Part shown: positions 51,031 through 63,492 of the stretch, piece by piece
Layout of the letters: the number at the start of each line of letters is the position of its first letter
How positions within the stretch are numbered: position 1 is the first letter of the stretch
Assembly: GCA_030324005.1 (NCBI GenBank)
Contig: JARDVH010000121.1
Coordinates: forward strand, 46,589,702 to 46,653,193
Length of the DNA stretch: 63,492 nt
Direction of reading: 5' to 3'
Source of the DNA: Negaprion brevirostris
Lineage: Eukaryota
The notes under the pieces: model-generated
What the model saw: the letters and a program-made list of their open reading frames with translations, nothing else
Databases searched by the model: none
Told to the model about the DNA's origin: nothing
Translations under genes and position numbers: made by a program

Positions 51031-53436
51031 TGCTTGACCAGGGTAAGAAATCTTACCTCCAGTAACTCTATAATACCTTATTGTGTCTAAGCCCTCAAAT
51101 CATTTTCTAGTCCATCTTGTCTTAACTCCTCAAATCCATTTCTTTTGAAACTGTACTAAGCCAATGAAAGAAAAAAAATGCTCAGACTTTAAAATACACC
51201 CTATAGGCATGAAAAATATAGTAATTTTCCAGAAATTGTGAAAAAAAAAGTTGAAATCCAAATGGTGGACGCACAAGTTCAACATTCAGGTTCAATCGAA
51301 ATTCATACAAATGAAAGAAAAAGGTTAGTCAGAAGAACCAGTCACAATATGGTTTAACTTTCCTCAAAAATCTATAATGAAACTTAACCCAACTAATCAC
51401 AAAATGCTTTAAGTTTCTTCAAATATCTTTAATGGCACACAACTCATGAACAGTGGTGTATAAAACATTTGGCCCTGATCTTATCCCAGGCATGGCAAAT
51501 GCTGAGATGCTTCCTGATGTCGAGGGTCACAAGGCAACTGAAGATCCTAGGAGCCAATTTCTGCCAGAACCAGGAACTCCTGAAACCTGAGAAATGGGAG
51601 TCCTCATGATGGTCCCTGTAAACATCTAAATTTGGGCATTTAGTTGATAATTACCCTGAGTTTTACACCAGGAGCTGTGCTTGAGTATAAAGCCAGCTTG
51701 GGAGCACAGGTCGCAATAGACCAGGTGGTGTGTCAAAGCACACCAGCATTCTTGCAGCCCTGACACACTATTCACCCCTCCGCCAATCCCTCCAATAATA
51801 CTTCCACCAGTTCTGCCAACACCAAGAAAATCTGGGATCAGTGGCTCCCTTAACTGGCTGACGTCAGAACAGATTTGGGTCAGGATTTTCTGGCCTTAGT
51901 GTGGTGAGCCGACCATTGACTTCAACAGGATCCTACCAATGGATGAGGCCAGAAAATCATGCCCCAAGTGTTCAGAGTTGGAGGGTGGGAACAATGAGCA
52001 GTGTGGAGAAAGGAGTAAGCACTGTCAAATGGATGAGATAGGTGAGCAGTGTTGGAGAGGTTACAGGGCATTGTTGGGGGCTGAGCGTTATAACAATCGC
52101 AATGGGTTGAGCAGGCTTGGTATGAGGAGGCTGTGCAGTGTGGTGTTCAGAGATTGGAGTTTGAACAAAGACAGGGTCATTCAAATGCAACATAAGTCAA
52201 TGAACTGTATGTAGACAGACCTTAAGGAGTAAGTCCTCAGTCCATGAAGAAAAAGAGTGTGGCTTTGCTGTAATGGTGCTTTGCCCAAAGGCCTTCTGAC
52301 TCTGCTTGACATCAGATCCAAGCTGGAGTCTGCACCAGAAGATCCTGAACCTCCAATATAAAAGGTAAGCTTGCTGTTTTAATTGGTGTGTGCTCCTGCT
52401 CTATTGCTGACTTGAAGATCTGGACCATTTAGTGAAAATGGGTTAGCAGGGAATTGGGTCAGGGTTGCTAGTTAAACCAGATTACAAGCAGCTGCAGTGT
52501 CCTATTTCCTCTTTTTCACTTCCTCCTTCTCCTGTTTAAACTTTGCTAAAGTCATCTTTCTTTTTTTCAATAAAAGCAACACCCGTGTACGACTACAAGG
52601 ATTAAAAACTTCACATTTAGCCCATCCTAAACTGTATTAATTTGTTCCATTTATCAGGTCCCAAATTAACTTTTTCTCTTTCTTCGTGTGGGTAACTTTA
52701 TAAAACACTAAATAAACAGCACTTACTGATTGCTGCTGATCTTACTCGCTTGCTTTCTCCCAGCTGATTGATTTTTGAATTAAACATTAACCACGGAGTT
52801 AACGTTCTCCAGTATAAGACTGATAGTGTCTGCTTTAACTAAAGCAACCGACTGAGCAAAAATCCAGAGAGAGAGAGGGAGATAACAAGTGTTCCTCAAA
52901 CTAAGTTTGCATATAGTTCCCTTATCTGTTGAAACCTTTCATGTTGCCACTTGCATCTTAGTAACCATTTTATTATTTAGTGAATCATTAAAGATGGCAA
53001 TCTCCTGAATGTGTAATCCAGCCGCTTTGCCGGACAGCCAGTGAACGAATGCCTTTGGATTGATAGGCTGGGTGAGAACAAACAGCTTCCAAAAGTCACC
53101 TAAGGTCACTTTACGTGCTTCAGTTCCCAGATGCTTATGGTCGATAACATCGCAATGTATACTGAATCAAACCATTGATTTTTGTGTTCTTCATTTTGCG
53201 TAAGTGAAATGCCCACTATAATCTAACTGCACGTTAGACTCCTTTCCTCCCCACCCGCCACCACTTCCTCGGCAGTAGCAGATCTCCATTCAGTCAGCAC
53301 AAAATGAATGACCCGAGCATTATTATGGAGCTCTTTCCAACAAGGTGAATGTCAGATGACCATTTTGTCTGTCTCTGCTGTTTATCACCTACTGGTTTTT
53401 GTTTTTGGAAAACCTGCTCCTTTTGGTGACGCAAGC

Positions 53437-53569
53437 TACTCTGCAACAGCAAATCCAACAACGCCACAATTCTAGGAAAAGTATGGTAACTAAGTTAGGC
53501 TTTGGGCCTCAATTAATTGCCATGCTCTTCCTGGAATTGTGGTGTTGGTAGATTTACTGCTGCAGAGTA
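53437..53569. repeat. 133-nt imperfect palindrome (stem about 64 bp, 5-nt loop)
   Basis: Arms 53437-53500 and 53506-53569 align without gaps. 12 positions are non-Watson-Crick, 4 of them G-U on the sense strand. Confidence 0.9.
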
Positions 53570-54064
53570 CTTAGCATGTCAGAGCGAACCTCAAATATAC
53601 AATGAAAATATGTGGCTTGAGTTAATGGCCTAATTATTCACTGGTGCAAAAATAGGTGTCAAGTCATCCAGTCCGGGATGCGCCCCTACCAGATTGAAGA
53701 AGACAGCTTTTCAAATTATCCACATCTGTTTTAAAGGTCCTTCTTGAGATTGGACTTGCAATGGGCCATTTGCATTCAGAGTAATTAGGTCTACACACAC
53801 CCACGTAGCGGTCCTTAAATGTTCCTTCATTCAACTGGGGTCCAATTTCAATTGGACTTTGGGACTACCTGGTATCGTTTCCTGTGTCTGCTTTGCTGAC
53901 GTTATCCAATTTCTTCTTCAGTAGTTCCGAATCTCATTAAACTATATAAATTCTATTGCCAAGAAAGCAACCACACTTGTAATGCTTGATAACTCATTCA
54001 AGAGATGTGCTTGTCTTGTATTTGGAGATTAGACACAAAGATTTAAATTTGTTAGTACCTGTTC

Positions 54065-54417
54065 TTTTTTATTCATTTGTGGGACATGGGCATCACTGGC
54101 TGGCCAGCACTTATTGTCCATCCCTAATTGCCTGAGGGTGGTTGAGAGTCAACCACATTGCTATGGATCTGGTGTCACATATAGGCCAGACCAGGTAAGG
54201 ACAGCAGATTTCCTTCATTAAAAGACGTTAATGAACCAGATGGGTTTTCCTGTCGGTCAACAATGGTTTCATGGTCATCAGTAGATTCTTAATTCCAGAT
54301 TTTTTTGTTATTGAATTCAAATTCCACCATGGCGGGATTTGAATCTGGGTCCTCAGAACATTAGCAGAATTTCTGGATTAATAATCTGGCGATAAAACCA
54401 CTAGGCCACCACCTCCT
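54065..54417 (-). mobile_element. tRNA-derived SINE, same family as 31362-31675, near full length
   Basis: Reverse complement matches the head, core and tail of the 31362 copy. Confidence 0.8.
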
Positions 54418-56642
54418 TGATTACCTAAGTAATGCATACTATGCCCTTGGTTTCAGGTGCAAAGGCAGTGCGGGGATTGCACTGCATATGCACGTTATTG
54501 GGAGACCAAGGCTGACCCACAGTTAGGCCTCAGTGCTGCTCCTACAAGGCTTGGTTATTTGAAGAAATGAACATCAGACCACAGGCCTCACCAGCAACCC
54601 AAACATAAATACCAGAGGGTGTGGTGGAGAGTGGGCTGGCCAACTACTGTGGAATCAGCCAGGCACTCCTACTTCAACTGGTTGCACACCTCTCACTCAA
54701 CAAATGCTTAAAGATTCTGAGCAGAACAGACCCAGTTCCTTCTCCTCCTGCTGCGATGTCAAATTTAGCAGAAGAGGCCTTAAGCAACTGGTGGGCTTCT
54801 AGCTCTCTGTTTTATTAATTCATGGGGTGTGATTATCACTGCTTAACTGTCCTTGAAGTAGTGATGGTGAGCTACTTCCCTGATTTGCTGCAGTCCCTGT
54901 GGTGCACCCAGTGCTATTAGGGAGGGAGTTCCAGGACTTTGACAGTGGAATGGTGATATAATTCCAGTCCAGGATGATGTGTGGCTTGTTGGGGGATCGT
55001 TTCCATGTATCTGCTGCCCTGGTCTTCTAGGTGGTAGGGATTGCAGGTTTGGACAATGTTGTCAAAATACTCTTGGCAAGCTGCTGAAGTACATCTTGTA
55101 GATGGTACATACTGATATCACAGTGTGCTGGTGGTGAAGGGAGTGGATGTTTAAGGGGATAGTAATAGGTCAGAGTGGACTTTTCTGCTGAACGGCACAC
55201 CTGAGCAATTTTCTACATTGTTGAGAAGATGCCTGTGTTGATTCAATTTATTATTGTTAGATGTATTAGCATACAGTGAAAAGTATTGTCTCTTGCATGC
55301 AATACGGACAAACCATACCATTCATATAATCCATAAGGGAGAAGGAAAGGAGAGGGTGCAGAATATAGTGTTGTAGCTGAACTGGAATGAGGGGCATGGC
55401 GAATTCTGGGGCACAAGTCTTCAAGACTACAGCTGGGATGTTGTTAGCATCCACTGTCTTTGCAGTAACCAGTGCCTTCAGTTGTGGTATTGTGTGGTTT
55501 GACTGAAGACAGGCATTTGTGATGTTGGGGATTGTGCAGTTGGCATTGATGGTAATCTGCAATTCCTGCTTCCAGCACCTGCCATAGACATCTTTCTAAA
55601 AAAAAAAAGTCACCTGAACCAACATTGGATTGGAATTTTTTCTGACATCCTTTTAAAACTGTGACATTAAACCCTGAAATTGGCCATTTTATGCCTGTAA
55701 AATCAGGGAACAAATCCACAACTAAAGGAAGATGTGAATCCTATTTGCAGGTGGCTTNNNNNNNNNNNNNNNNNNNNNNNTTGGACTTTTCTGCTTTGGT
55801 CTACAGTGCAATGTTATCTGTGCAAAGCCTTCTGGTGATCTGCTTTGCCACTGTGGGTGGATAAACTCGTATCAATCTGTTTCTCCAAAGTATAACAAAA
55901 ACTTTAAAAAGTCAATAGCCGCATTTGGATAATGAGGAGCTTAGGTGACTTACCAGAGGGTAAAGCCACCCATAGAACTACCCTGAATAAAACTTAATCG
56001 AAAGGGTGGGGCAGGGTGGGGGAACATTGGGGGCAGGAAGATAAATCTGAATCCCAGACTAAAGGAAGGAAACTTTTAGTCGTAGTAGAGAAATCTACGG
56101 GGATCATTTTAGCCTGACTCTGGCTGGGGAAACTAGGTTGAACTTCTAACACCCTGCTCAATTTTATTCCCCATAACTCACCTACTAATTGTAATTGTGC
56201 ATATTGTATGATCGGTAACAGCCAATTACCAAACTGGCTTTTGGCTGAAGCAATTGTGCAATGATGTAGGCTTGTATTGTTTTTTGCAGAGGGGTTTAAG
56301 TTTTCATAGTTCATGGGGAGACAGTAGCAATGCCACTGGACTAGTAATGTAGAAGCAAATGTTGTGGGGACACAGGGTTCAAATCCCATCATGGCCACAT
56401 CTGCATTCAATCAATAGATTTGCAACATAAAGCTATTCTCGATAATGGAGGCTATGTAGCCATCATCGTCATAAAAACACATCTGGTTCACTATTGTCCT
56501 GCAGGGAAGGAAATCTGCCATATTTACCCAGTTAGTTCTATACACAGACGCACAGCAATGTGATTGACTCTTAACTGCCCGAGCAAGCGCCTCTGACTCG
56601 AGGGCAACTGGGGATGGAAACAAATGCTGGCTTTGTCAGTGG

Positions 56643-56755
56643 TAACACAAAGAAATCCCACAACACCAGCTTAAAGTCCAACAAGTTTATTTGTAGCAAC
56701 TGCCCCAAGCTTTCGGAACACGTTGTTCCTTTGTCAGGTGGCTGGGCGTTCTGTC
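56643..56755 (-). mobile_element. Short Penelope terminal fragment inserted into a SINE tail
   Basis: cacaacaccagcttaaagtccaacaagtttattt block shared with 23063-23407. Flanked by a repeated gtcag. Confidence 0.7.
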
Positions 56756-59439
56756 GTCAGGGATGCCCAAGTTCTATGAAGGAATAAAGAAGAAAAATTG
56801 TCTCGGTTTCCTTTCCACATCTTGCATTCAAAAGACCGGTACGCTGGGACACCTGAATAGACCTTCCACACATTTCCTGCCCTGCTCAACAAACAACATG
56901 AGCTAAATAATTTTATCCCACGTTTATTGGATTTGGATTAGTTGATCTTGCAGTAGAGTCAGGTTCTGTACGTCTCTCCAATTGACTAAAATATTTAATC
57001 ACTTGTAATAATTGGCAAATTTCAAGATAGGTCATTTCTTTTATGGGGTGTGCATATCTGAACCCTTGCATTGTTATATCTGAGTAATGATATTGTACGT
57101 ATACAGTTTGTTTACTTGCAACCTTGAATAGTATAGGGGAGGTTGCAAGTTCCTGTGGTCAGTCAACAGCGTAAAGTTGTGCTAGATTTCAGCTTCACTG
57201 TTTTCTATACTCAGTTTAAAACACAGCAGCTGATACTTGGCAAGCAGCAAGAGGAAATAGAATTTTGTTTTCTAAAACCTAACAAGATGTTTTCAGAACA
57301 AATGTTTCTCTCCTGCTTTATCATTGTTGCAAAAAAAAATGCATTTTATGTCAGCATGATCTTCATTTTTGAATTAGTTAAAGACTTTGTCCTAGTTTAA
57401 AACGTGCAATTTATTGGTTGCTCCTCGTGCTGGTGTTTTGGACATGTTTAGGTATATTGCCTGATGTGGAAGGAAGGGCGTTTTAGTATTTTTCAAGGAA
57501 ATTTGAAAAAGTTAATGGGAGTGCAGTCAATTAATCATGTAGCAGATATACACACTGTTTTTCTCTTAACTGTTCAAATCGACCATTGAGGACCATTATA
57601 TAATCATTAAATTAAAAATTAGCTGGCTCTTATTAAGACAAATTAGATGAGATTGTTATGAGCTTGTTGTCAAATTTAAGTAAACTGCATGTAAAAAGCT
57701 GCAGATCCTTGTGAATCGTTCACTAATTCTTACATAGGAGCGCTCAGAATTAGAAAGTGGAATTATTTCATTGAATTCAGAGAACTTAAATTAATTAAAT
57801 CTGTAACAAAACTATATTGTGAAAAAAGTGAAGTAGTTTTGACAGCCAGATTTAACTCATTTAATGTTTAAATTTTAAGATTGTCTCTCACTTGAACTTG
57901 CTTGTCTCAGTTAAGATGTTTAGGGAGAGTATAACTTGTGAATAAAAACTTGAATTAAATCGCACTATGGACAGGAATGCTTCACCAGTTTTACTCAAAT
58001 TCTCGTGTTTCTATTTTAATGTGGGTTAATGTTTTATTCAAAATAAGTGGACAGAAATTTCACGAGTGTATTAACTATTGGTACAGCGAAGACCCAAGTA
58101 ACATTCTAGAACAAAATTCGAAGAAAATGTATTTAATAATCTATAGTTAATCAGCAACTGCAACTTCCCATTTTCTTCTTCCTTCCTTAACTTGCCTTCC
58201 ACATCTCAGAACATTCAAGTCCTGTTTACCAATTGCTTTTGCACTTACTGACATATATATGAGGTGTTGCCAGACCAGAAGCCAATTTTAAAATTCTCAT
58301 CCTTTTTAAATCCCCTCAAGCATGGCCTTTTTCCTCCCGATCTCTGTAACCTCATCCTGTCTTACAATCCTCTAATGTCAGTGCTACTTCAATTCTGATC
58401 CCTAGCACCTCCCCTACTTTAATCAGCTAACCATTGACGATATTCTTTTAGCTGTCTGAGCCCTAAACTTTGGACCTCCCTTTCAAAATCATGCTGGCTG
58501 TCTATCTCTTCTGCCATACGATGCTGCTTAAGATCATCTTGCAACTAAACTCCCCCAACCCCCATACCACCCAATTAATTTTTTCAGACATCTTGGAGAG
58601 GTCTAGGGAAAAATACCTGAAGAGGGGCCTACTTGAGGTCTTGATCATCTGTCCTAATACCTCCTTTGTGGCTCCATTTTGAACTTGGTTTGATTATGCT
58701 TTGGCATTTTACTAGTTGAAAGGAGGTTCATTTAATTTAAGTTGTTGTTCCCACCGATGGTTTTCTTTGTAGAGACCAGCCTCCTTTCTCCCAGTGGGAA
58801 AGCCACAGTTACACATTTCGCTCCTTACTTTCCATCCTGAATTGTTATACTTTGTTTTCACAACATTACATTTATTCATGCTTAAATGAATATCTATAAT
58901 GGCAGCTGCATTTGATATCATGTTCAGATGCTATCTGCTCTCCAATGCCCACACGTCCCAATTAATTTTTGCACACATCTTGGAGAGGCCTAGGGAAAAA
59001 GCCTGAAGAGGAACAACTCGAGTGTTTTTAAGAGAATTGTCATGTACTTTTTTATAAAACATGGAAATCTTTTTGAGAACTATGTGTTTTTTGATCAGGC
59101 AATATGCAAGCTACCTCTTCCTCCTGCTCCAATTGGCCCTCTGTCTTCAAGCTTCCCAACAGGGGCCATGGGAGTATTTTTAGCCAAACAGCTAGAAACC
59201 AAACAATGACATGGAAACTGCTTCCTCCTCCCAACTTAAATGAAACCTGAGTGAAAGTTCAAGGTCAAACTAGATTTTTCTCCAGCTGGATAATTCTTGT
59301 TAAGTGCTGGAACAGAGCACTTAAAAATAGCTTTCCAGTGTGGAGGTGGAGTTAGAAGGGAGATAGGTATTATGAATGTCATTTGTTTTCTCAATCTGTT
59401 GGTTACAATAGGTAACAAAGCAACGTACGATAGAATGTG

Positions 59440-59950
59440 TCCCTCCTTGTGCAGCAGCCTTTCACTTATACCTCCTTCAATTTGGTCTACTGTACTTGCT
59501 ACTCCCAATGTGGCATCCAAACATAGACTGGATAACCACCTTGTGCATAACAGCTTTGCTCAGTCCGAAAGCATGACCCTAACCTTCCTGTTGCTTGCCA
59601 TTTCAACTCATATCTTGCTCTTATGCCCTCATGTCTGTCCTTGGCCTTTTCCAATGTTCCAGTGAAGCCCATTCAAACTAGAGGAACAGTGTCTTCTCTC
59701 TTGATTAGACACTGTAGCATTCTGGACTTCAACTTCAGACCTTGAACTATCCCATCTATCTCAAACCCTTCTGTTTAATCCAGGGTCATCTGCAACTTAA
59801 ATTTTGTATTCACTTAGTATTGACGTTGTTCTGCTATTAATACAGTCTGCTTTCTTACCTTTGTACCAATATCAGCACCTTCTTTGGTCTGCAACACTAT
59901 CATTAACCTTTCATTTGTCTGGTGTTCTATAACATCTTTATGGAATCTGT
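59440..59950 (+). mobile_element. Penelope GIY-YIG endonuclease relic
   Basis: Frameshifted remnants VYCxxxSQCG, SVRKHDPNLPVACHFN, MSVLGLFQCSSEA and KLEEQ. Confidence 0.75.
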
Positions 59951-60535
59951 CTCATCAGCTCCCAACTGTCCCCTACCTTACGACCATAGAATCCCCACAG
60001 TGCAGAAGGAGGCCATTTGGCCCATTAAATCTGCGCTGACTCTTTGAAACAATGTCTTATCCAAGCTTCCCACTCTATCACTGTCACCTTGTGCATTTAT
60101 GATGGATAATCCTTCTAACTGCCATGTTTTTGGACTGTGGGAGGAAATTTGGGCACCTGGAGGGTGCTGGGACCGCGTGCAAACTCCACACAGGCAGAAA
60201 CTCAAGGCCGGAATCAAGACAGGGTCCCTTGTGCTGTGAGGCAGCAATGCCATTATGCCACCGTACTGCCGCCTTTTCTGATCCACCTTATTCATCCCTT
60301 GATAATCGTATAAAACCCATCACATTTCTCCTTCTCTTTAGCTCAGAAGAGTACTATTGATAACTATCTATAAGCCAACAGCATAACATATCTCATGGTT
60401 TTAATCCAAGATGTTGATGGTAGGGATTATGTGGATTGATAACATTGCTGTAAATACAAAACCAACCGAGAAACATCTGTGCTTTGATTTGTATTATTGT
60501 CAGCCTAGTAAAAAAGCTTAATGGTGCATGGATGA

Positions 60536-60781
<246 letters not shown>

Positions 60782-60849
60782 TGACAGGTTATGTTGTGTA
60801 TATTTGCTCTGGGGTTTTTTGACTTGAGCTTGTTTAAAGATTTAAAACC

Positions 60850-61185
60850 ATAAGAGAAAATGCTGGAAAATCTCAGCAGTTCTGGCAACATCTGTAAGGA
60901 GAGAAAAGGACTGACTCTTGAGTCCAGANNNNNNNNNNNNNNNNNNNNNNNNNNNNNNNNNNNNNNNNNNNNNNNNNNNNNNNNNNNNNNNNNNNNNNNN
61001 NNNNNNNNNNNNNNNNNNNNNNNNNNNNTCTTTGTCAAAATTGACAAAGGGTCATCTGGATTCGAAACGTCAGCTCTTTTCTCTCCTTACAGATGTTGCC
61101 AGAACTGCTGAGATTTTCCAGCATTTTCTGTTTTGATTTCAGATTCCAGTGTCCGCAGTACTTTGCATTTATTAAAAGATTTAAA
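60850..61185. mobile_element. Penelope-derived palindromic element (N gap in the centre)
   Basis: Perfect 54-bp inverted arms 60855-60908 and 61076-61129. Hammerhead-like core at 61041-61071. Confidence 0.75.
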
Positions 61186-63492
61186 ACATTGTTTGGAACC
61201 AAGACCCTAAAATTTGCCTGTGAGGTATTGGTGAAAGTAGTCCTTCCGCAGCCAACAGAGACACTCAGCAATTCACTTATCAGTGCACATAGCTGCAGAA
61301 AGGTACTGTTATAAGGTGCTTTTGAACACAATACCAAGGACCATGGAACTAATCATCCCAATGGGTGGTACAGTGGTTAGCACTGTTACCTCTCAGCACT
61401 AAGAACCCGAGTTCAATTCCAANNNNNNNNNNAATGCAGTTTCTTCCCACAGTCCAAGGATTAGGTTGATTGGCCATGCTAAATTGAGCCTTAGTATCAG
61501 GGGAATTAGCCAGGTAAATACGTGGGTTTATGAGGATAGGGCCTGGGTGGGTTAGTTGGTGCAGATTTGATGGGTCGAATGGCCTTCTTCTGCACTGTAG
61601 ATATTCTATGATTCCAAATATCAGGAGAATTGTGAAGTAGGCAGTGTCCAATTTTTCAACATGTTCTCCTGCTAAAAGTGTTTAATTTTGAACTGAAATG
61701 TTCTGCCTACTGATCAGTTCATTAGATATTTTGCACATTGGCGTTCATGGTTTATCTGGTACATGTAAGTATGTTAAACATACACTGATTAGTACTTCCA
61801 GCCACACCAGACCATGAATGGGGTGTGGCCAGAAGCATACTCCGGTTGTAAGCTCAGTATCTTGGACCTTTTTTGAATCCAGAATGCCTGAAAAAAAAAC
61901 TCACTGTATACATTTCTCTCCCCTCTTCATAATAATCCAGGATTAGATAAGTATACCAAAAATAAAATATGACTCCATGGAAAGAGACATTAGTTAAACA
62001 TCTCTTCTTATCAATGATTTCAATTAATAACCTAGTTTCTGAACTTATTTTTTACATCGAGGGAATAACTCTCTTGCTTTGTTATCGTTATTGGTAGTGT
62101 TGCTGTTATTAATTGCAATTCTGCCAAATAAACTCTTTAAAGTAAAACCATTCGCTTGTGCTTTTGATCCTTTGTTATTCAATCCAAGTCCACTTCCAGA
62201 CTTTTACAGAAATCCATTTATAAGGATATACCTGGATAGCTTCCTTTTTTTGAACGATCAAGATATAGAAATTGCCACACACGGTGACATGGATTCCTGC
62301 ATGCAATCTGTGCTTTAGCCCGTGCAGCCCATTCATTGCTATGCAGAAGAATGTGCATGCAAGTAGATGGCATGTATGCACTGGAACAGTTTGATCCGAT
62401 GCCACCCTGACGTCCTCATCTGACCTGGCAGATGCCCCACCAGGATTAGAAACATAATTTGCAAATTCAAGCCCACAAAATCATACACATCCAACAAACT
62501 TGTACCTCAAAAGAATTCAATAAAAGGTGATTTTATTGAAACACATGGGGGCCCTGAGCAGTCGATGCTGGGAGGATGTTTCCNNNNNNNNNNNNNNNNN
62601 NNNNNNCACTTGTTTAGATGAGTGCTGTTCCAACAAACTCAATAAATTTGACACACACTTAATTGGCATCCCATCCACTATCTTAAGTATGTTCAAAAAT
62701 GGCCTTGTGGCAGCCAAGGGCACCGTTTAGCATGGTAAACATTTTGTGGAGGGGAAGAAAACCATGAGGAATCAAGGACTGAACAAAACTAGCCTTGATG
62801 GCATGTTAGGAGGTGACTGAAAATATGACTTTAAGGAAGCTTCTTGAGGAGAGAGAAATGGGAAGACAAGGGAGTTTAAGGAGGAAGTTATGGAATGTAG
62901 GGTTGAAGACCATCTGGCGAAAAATGATGTGTATGAGAAAAACACCAAGTCCCATGAGTGCAGAAGAGAATTTTAAAGCAGGAAATGCCCACAAAGTTGA
63001 GGTGAGGAAAACATTTGAACAGATGAACTAAGATTTCAATTCACTCCATTCAGACTGAGTAAGGACATCAGTGATGAGCGGCCTTGAGCTAGTTGATGAA
63101 GAATGAGGATTGAAGACCATTGTGAATATGAGAGCAATCCGTGACAAAGTATGGATAAGGGTTTCATTGGCAATGGGGTGAGCAAGGGAAATTGGATAGA
63201 AGTTGGTTGCTTTTGTGAAAGGTTGCATGTGGAGTTTGAAGCTTGACTGTGGTTTATCAGGACACCAAATGTAGTCTGTAGCCATTGATGTACCACTGTG
63301 TACTGATAAAAGGTCACAAATCTAAGCCCTCGTGTTTTGCAGCATTTTGTTATGTTGGGCTGGAATTTCAGTCCCGGGTAGGGAGCTTGAGTTGGGAAAT
63401 TTTGCTTTATGAAATACTGTCATAAGAACATAAGAAATAGGAGCAGGAGTAGGCCATCTAGCCCTTCGAGCCTGCCCCGCCATTCAATAAGA

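Overview
Vertebrate genomic DNA with several N gaps. The repeat content (HE1/V-SINE-type SINEs with CR1 tails, Deu-domain SINEs, Penelope relics) points to a cartilaginous fish, probably a shark. One protein-coding gene is recognisable, on the + strand: an Src-family tyrosine kinase whose residues match HCK better than LYN. I reconstructed 9 coding exons by hand (25660-60637, 1023 nt, 341 codons, all splice phases compatible). They cover the MGC myristoylation/palmitoylation motif, unique region, SH3, SH2, linker and kinase N-lobe; the last exons lie beyond the window. A candidate non-coding first exon lies at about 19380-19529 and a dense myeloid/B-cell motif cluster at 16142-16387. The rest is mostly transposon relics, including an old full-length Gypsy LTR element (about 10233-16143) with nested insertions. 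Best leads: (1) a LynA/LynB-type internal splice donor at the homologous position in HCK exon 2; (2) an in-frame uORF-UGA-hairpin arrangement in the candidate exon 1; (3) unusual splice sites at exons 6 and 9; (4) several local inverted or templated duplications; (5) degenerate hammerhead motifs in Penelope relics. I see no evidence for a wholly new multi-gene system. Comparisons with human proteins and repeat families are from memory, not database searches, and repeat boundaries are approximate.
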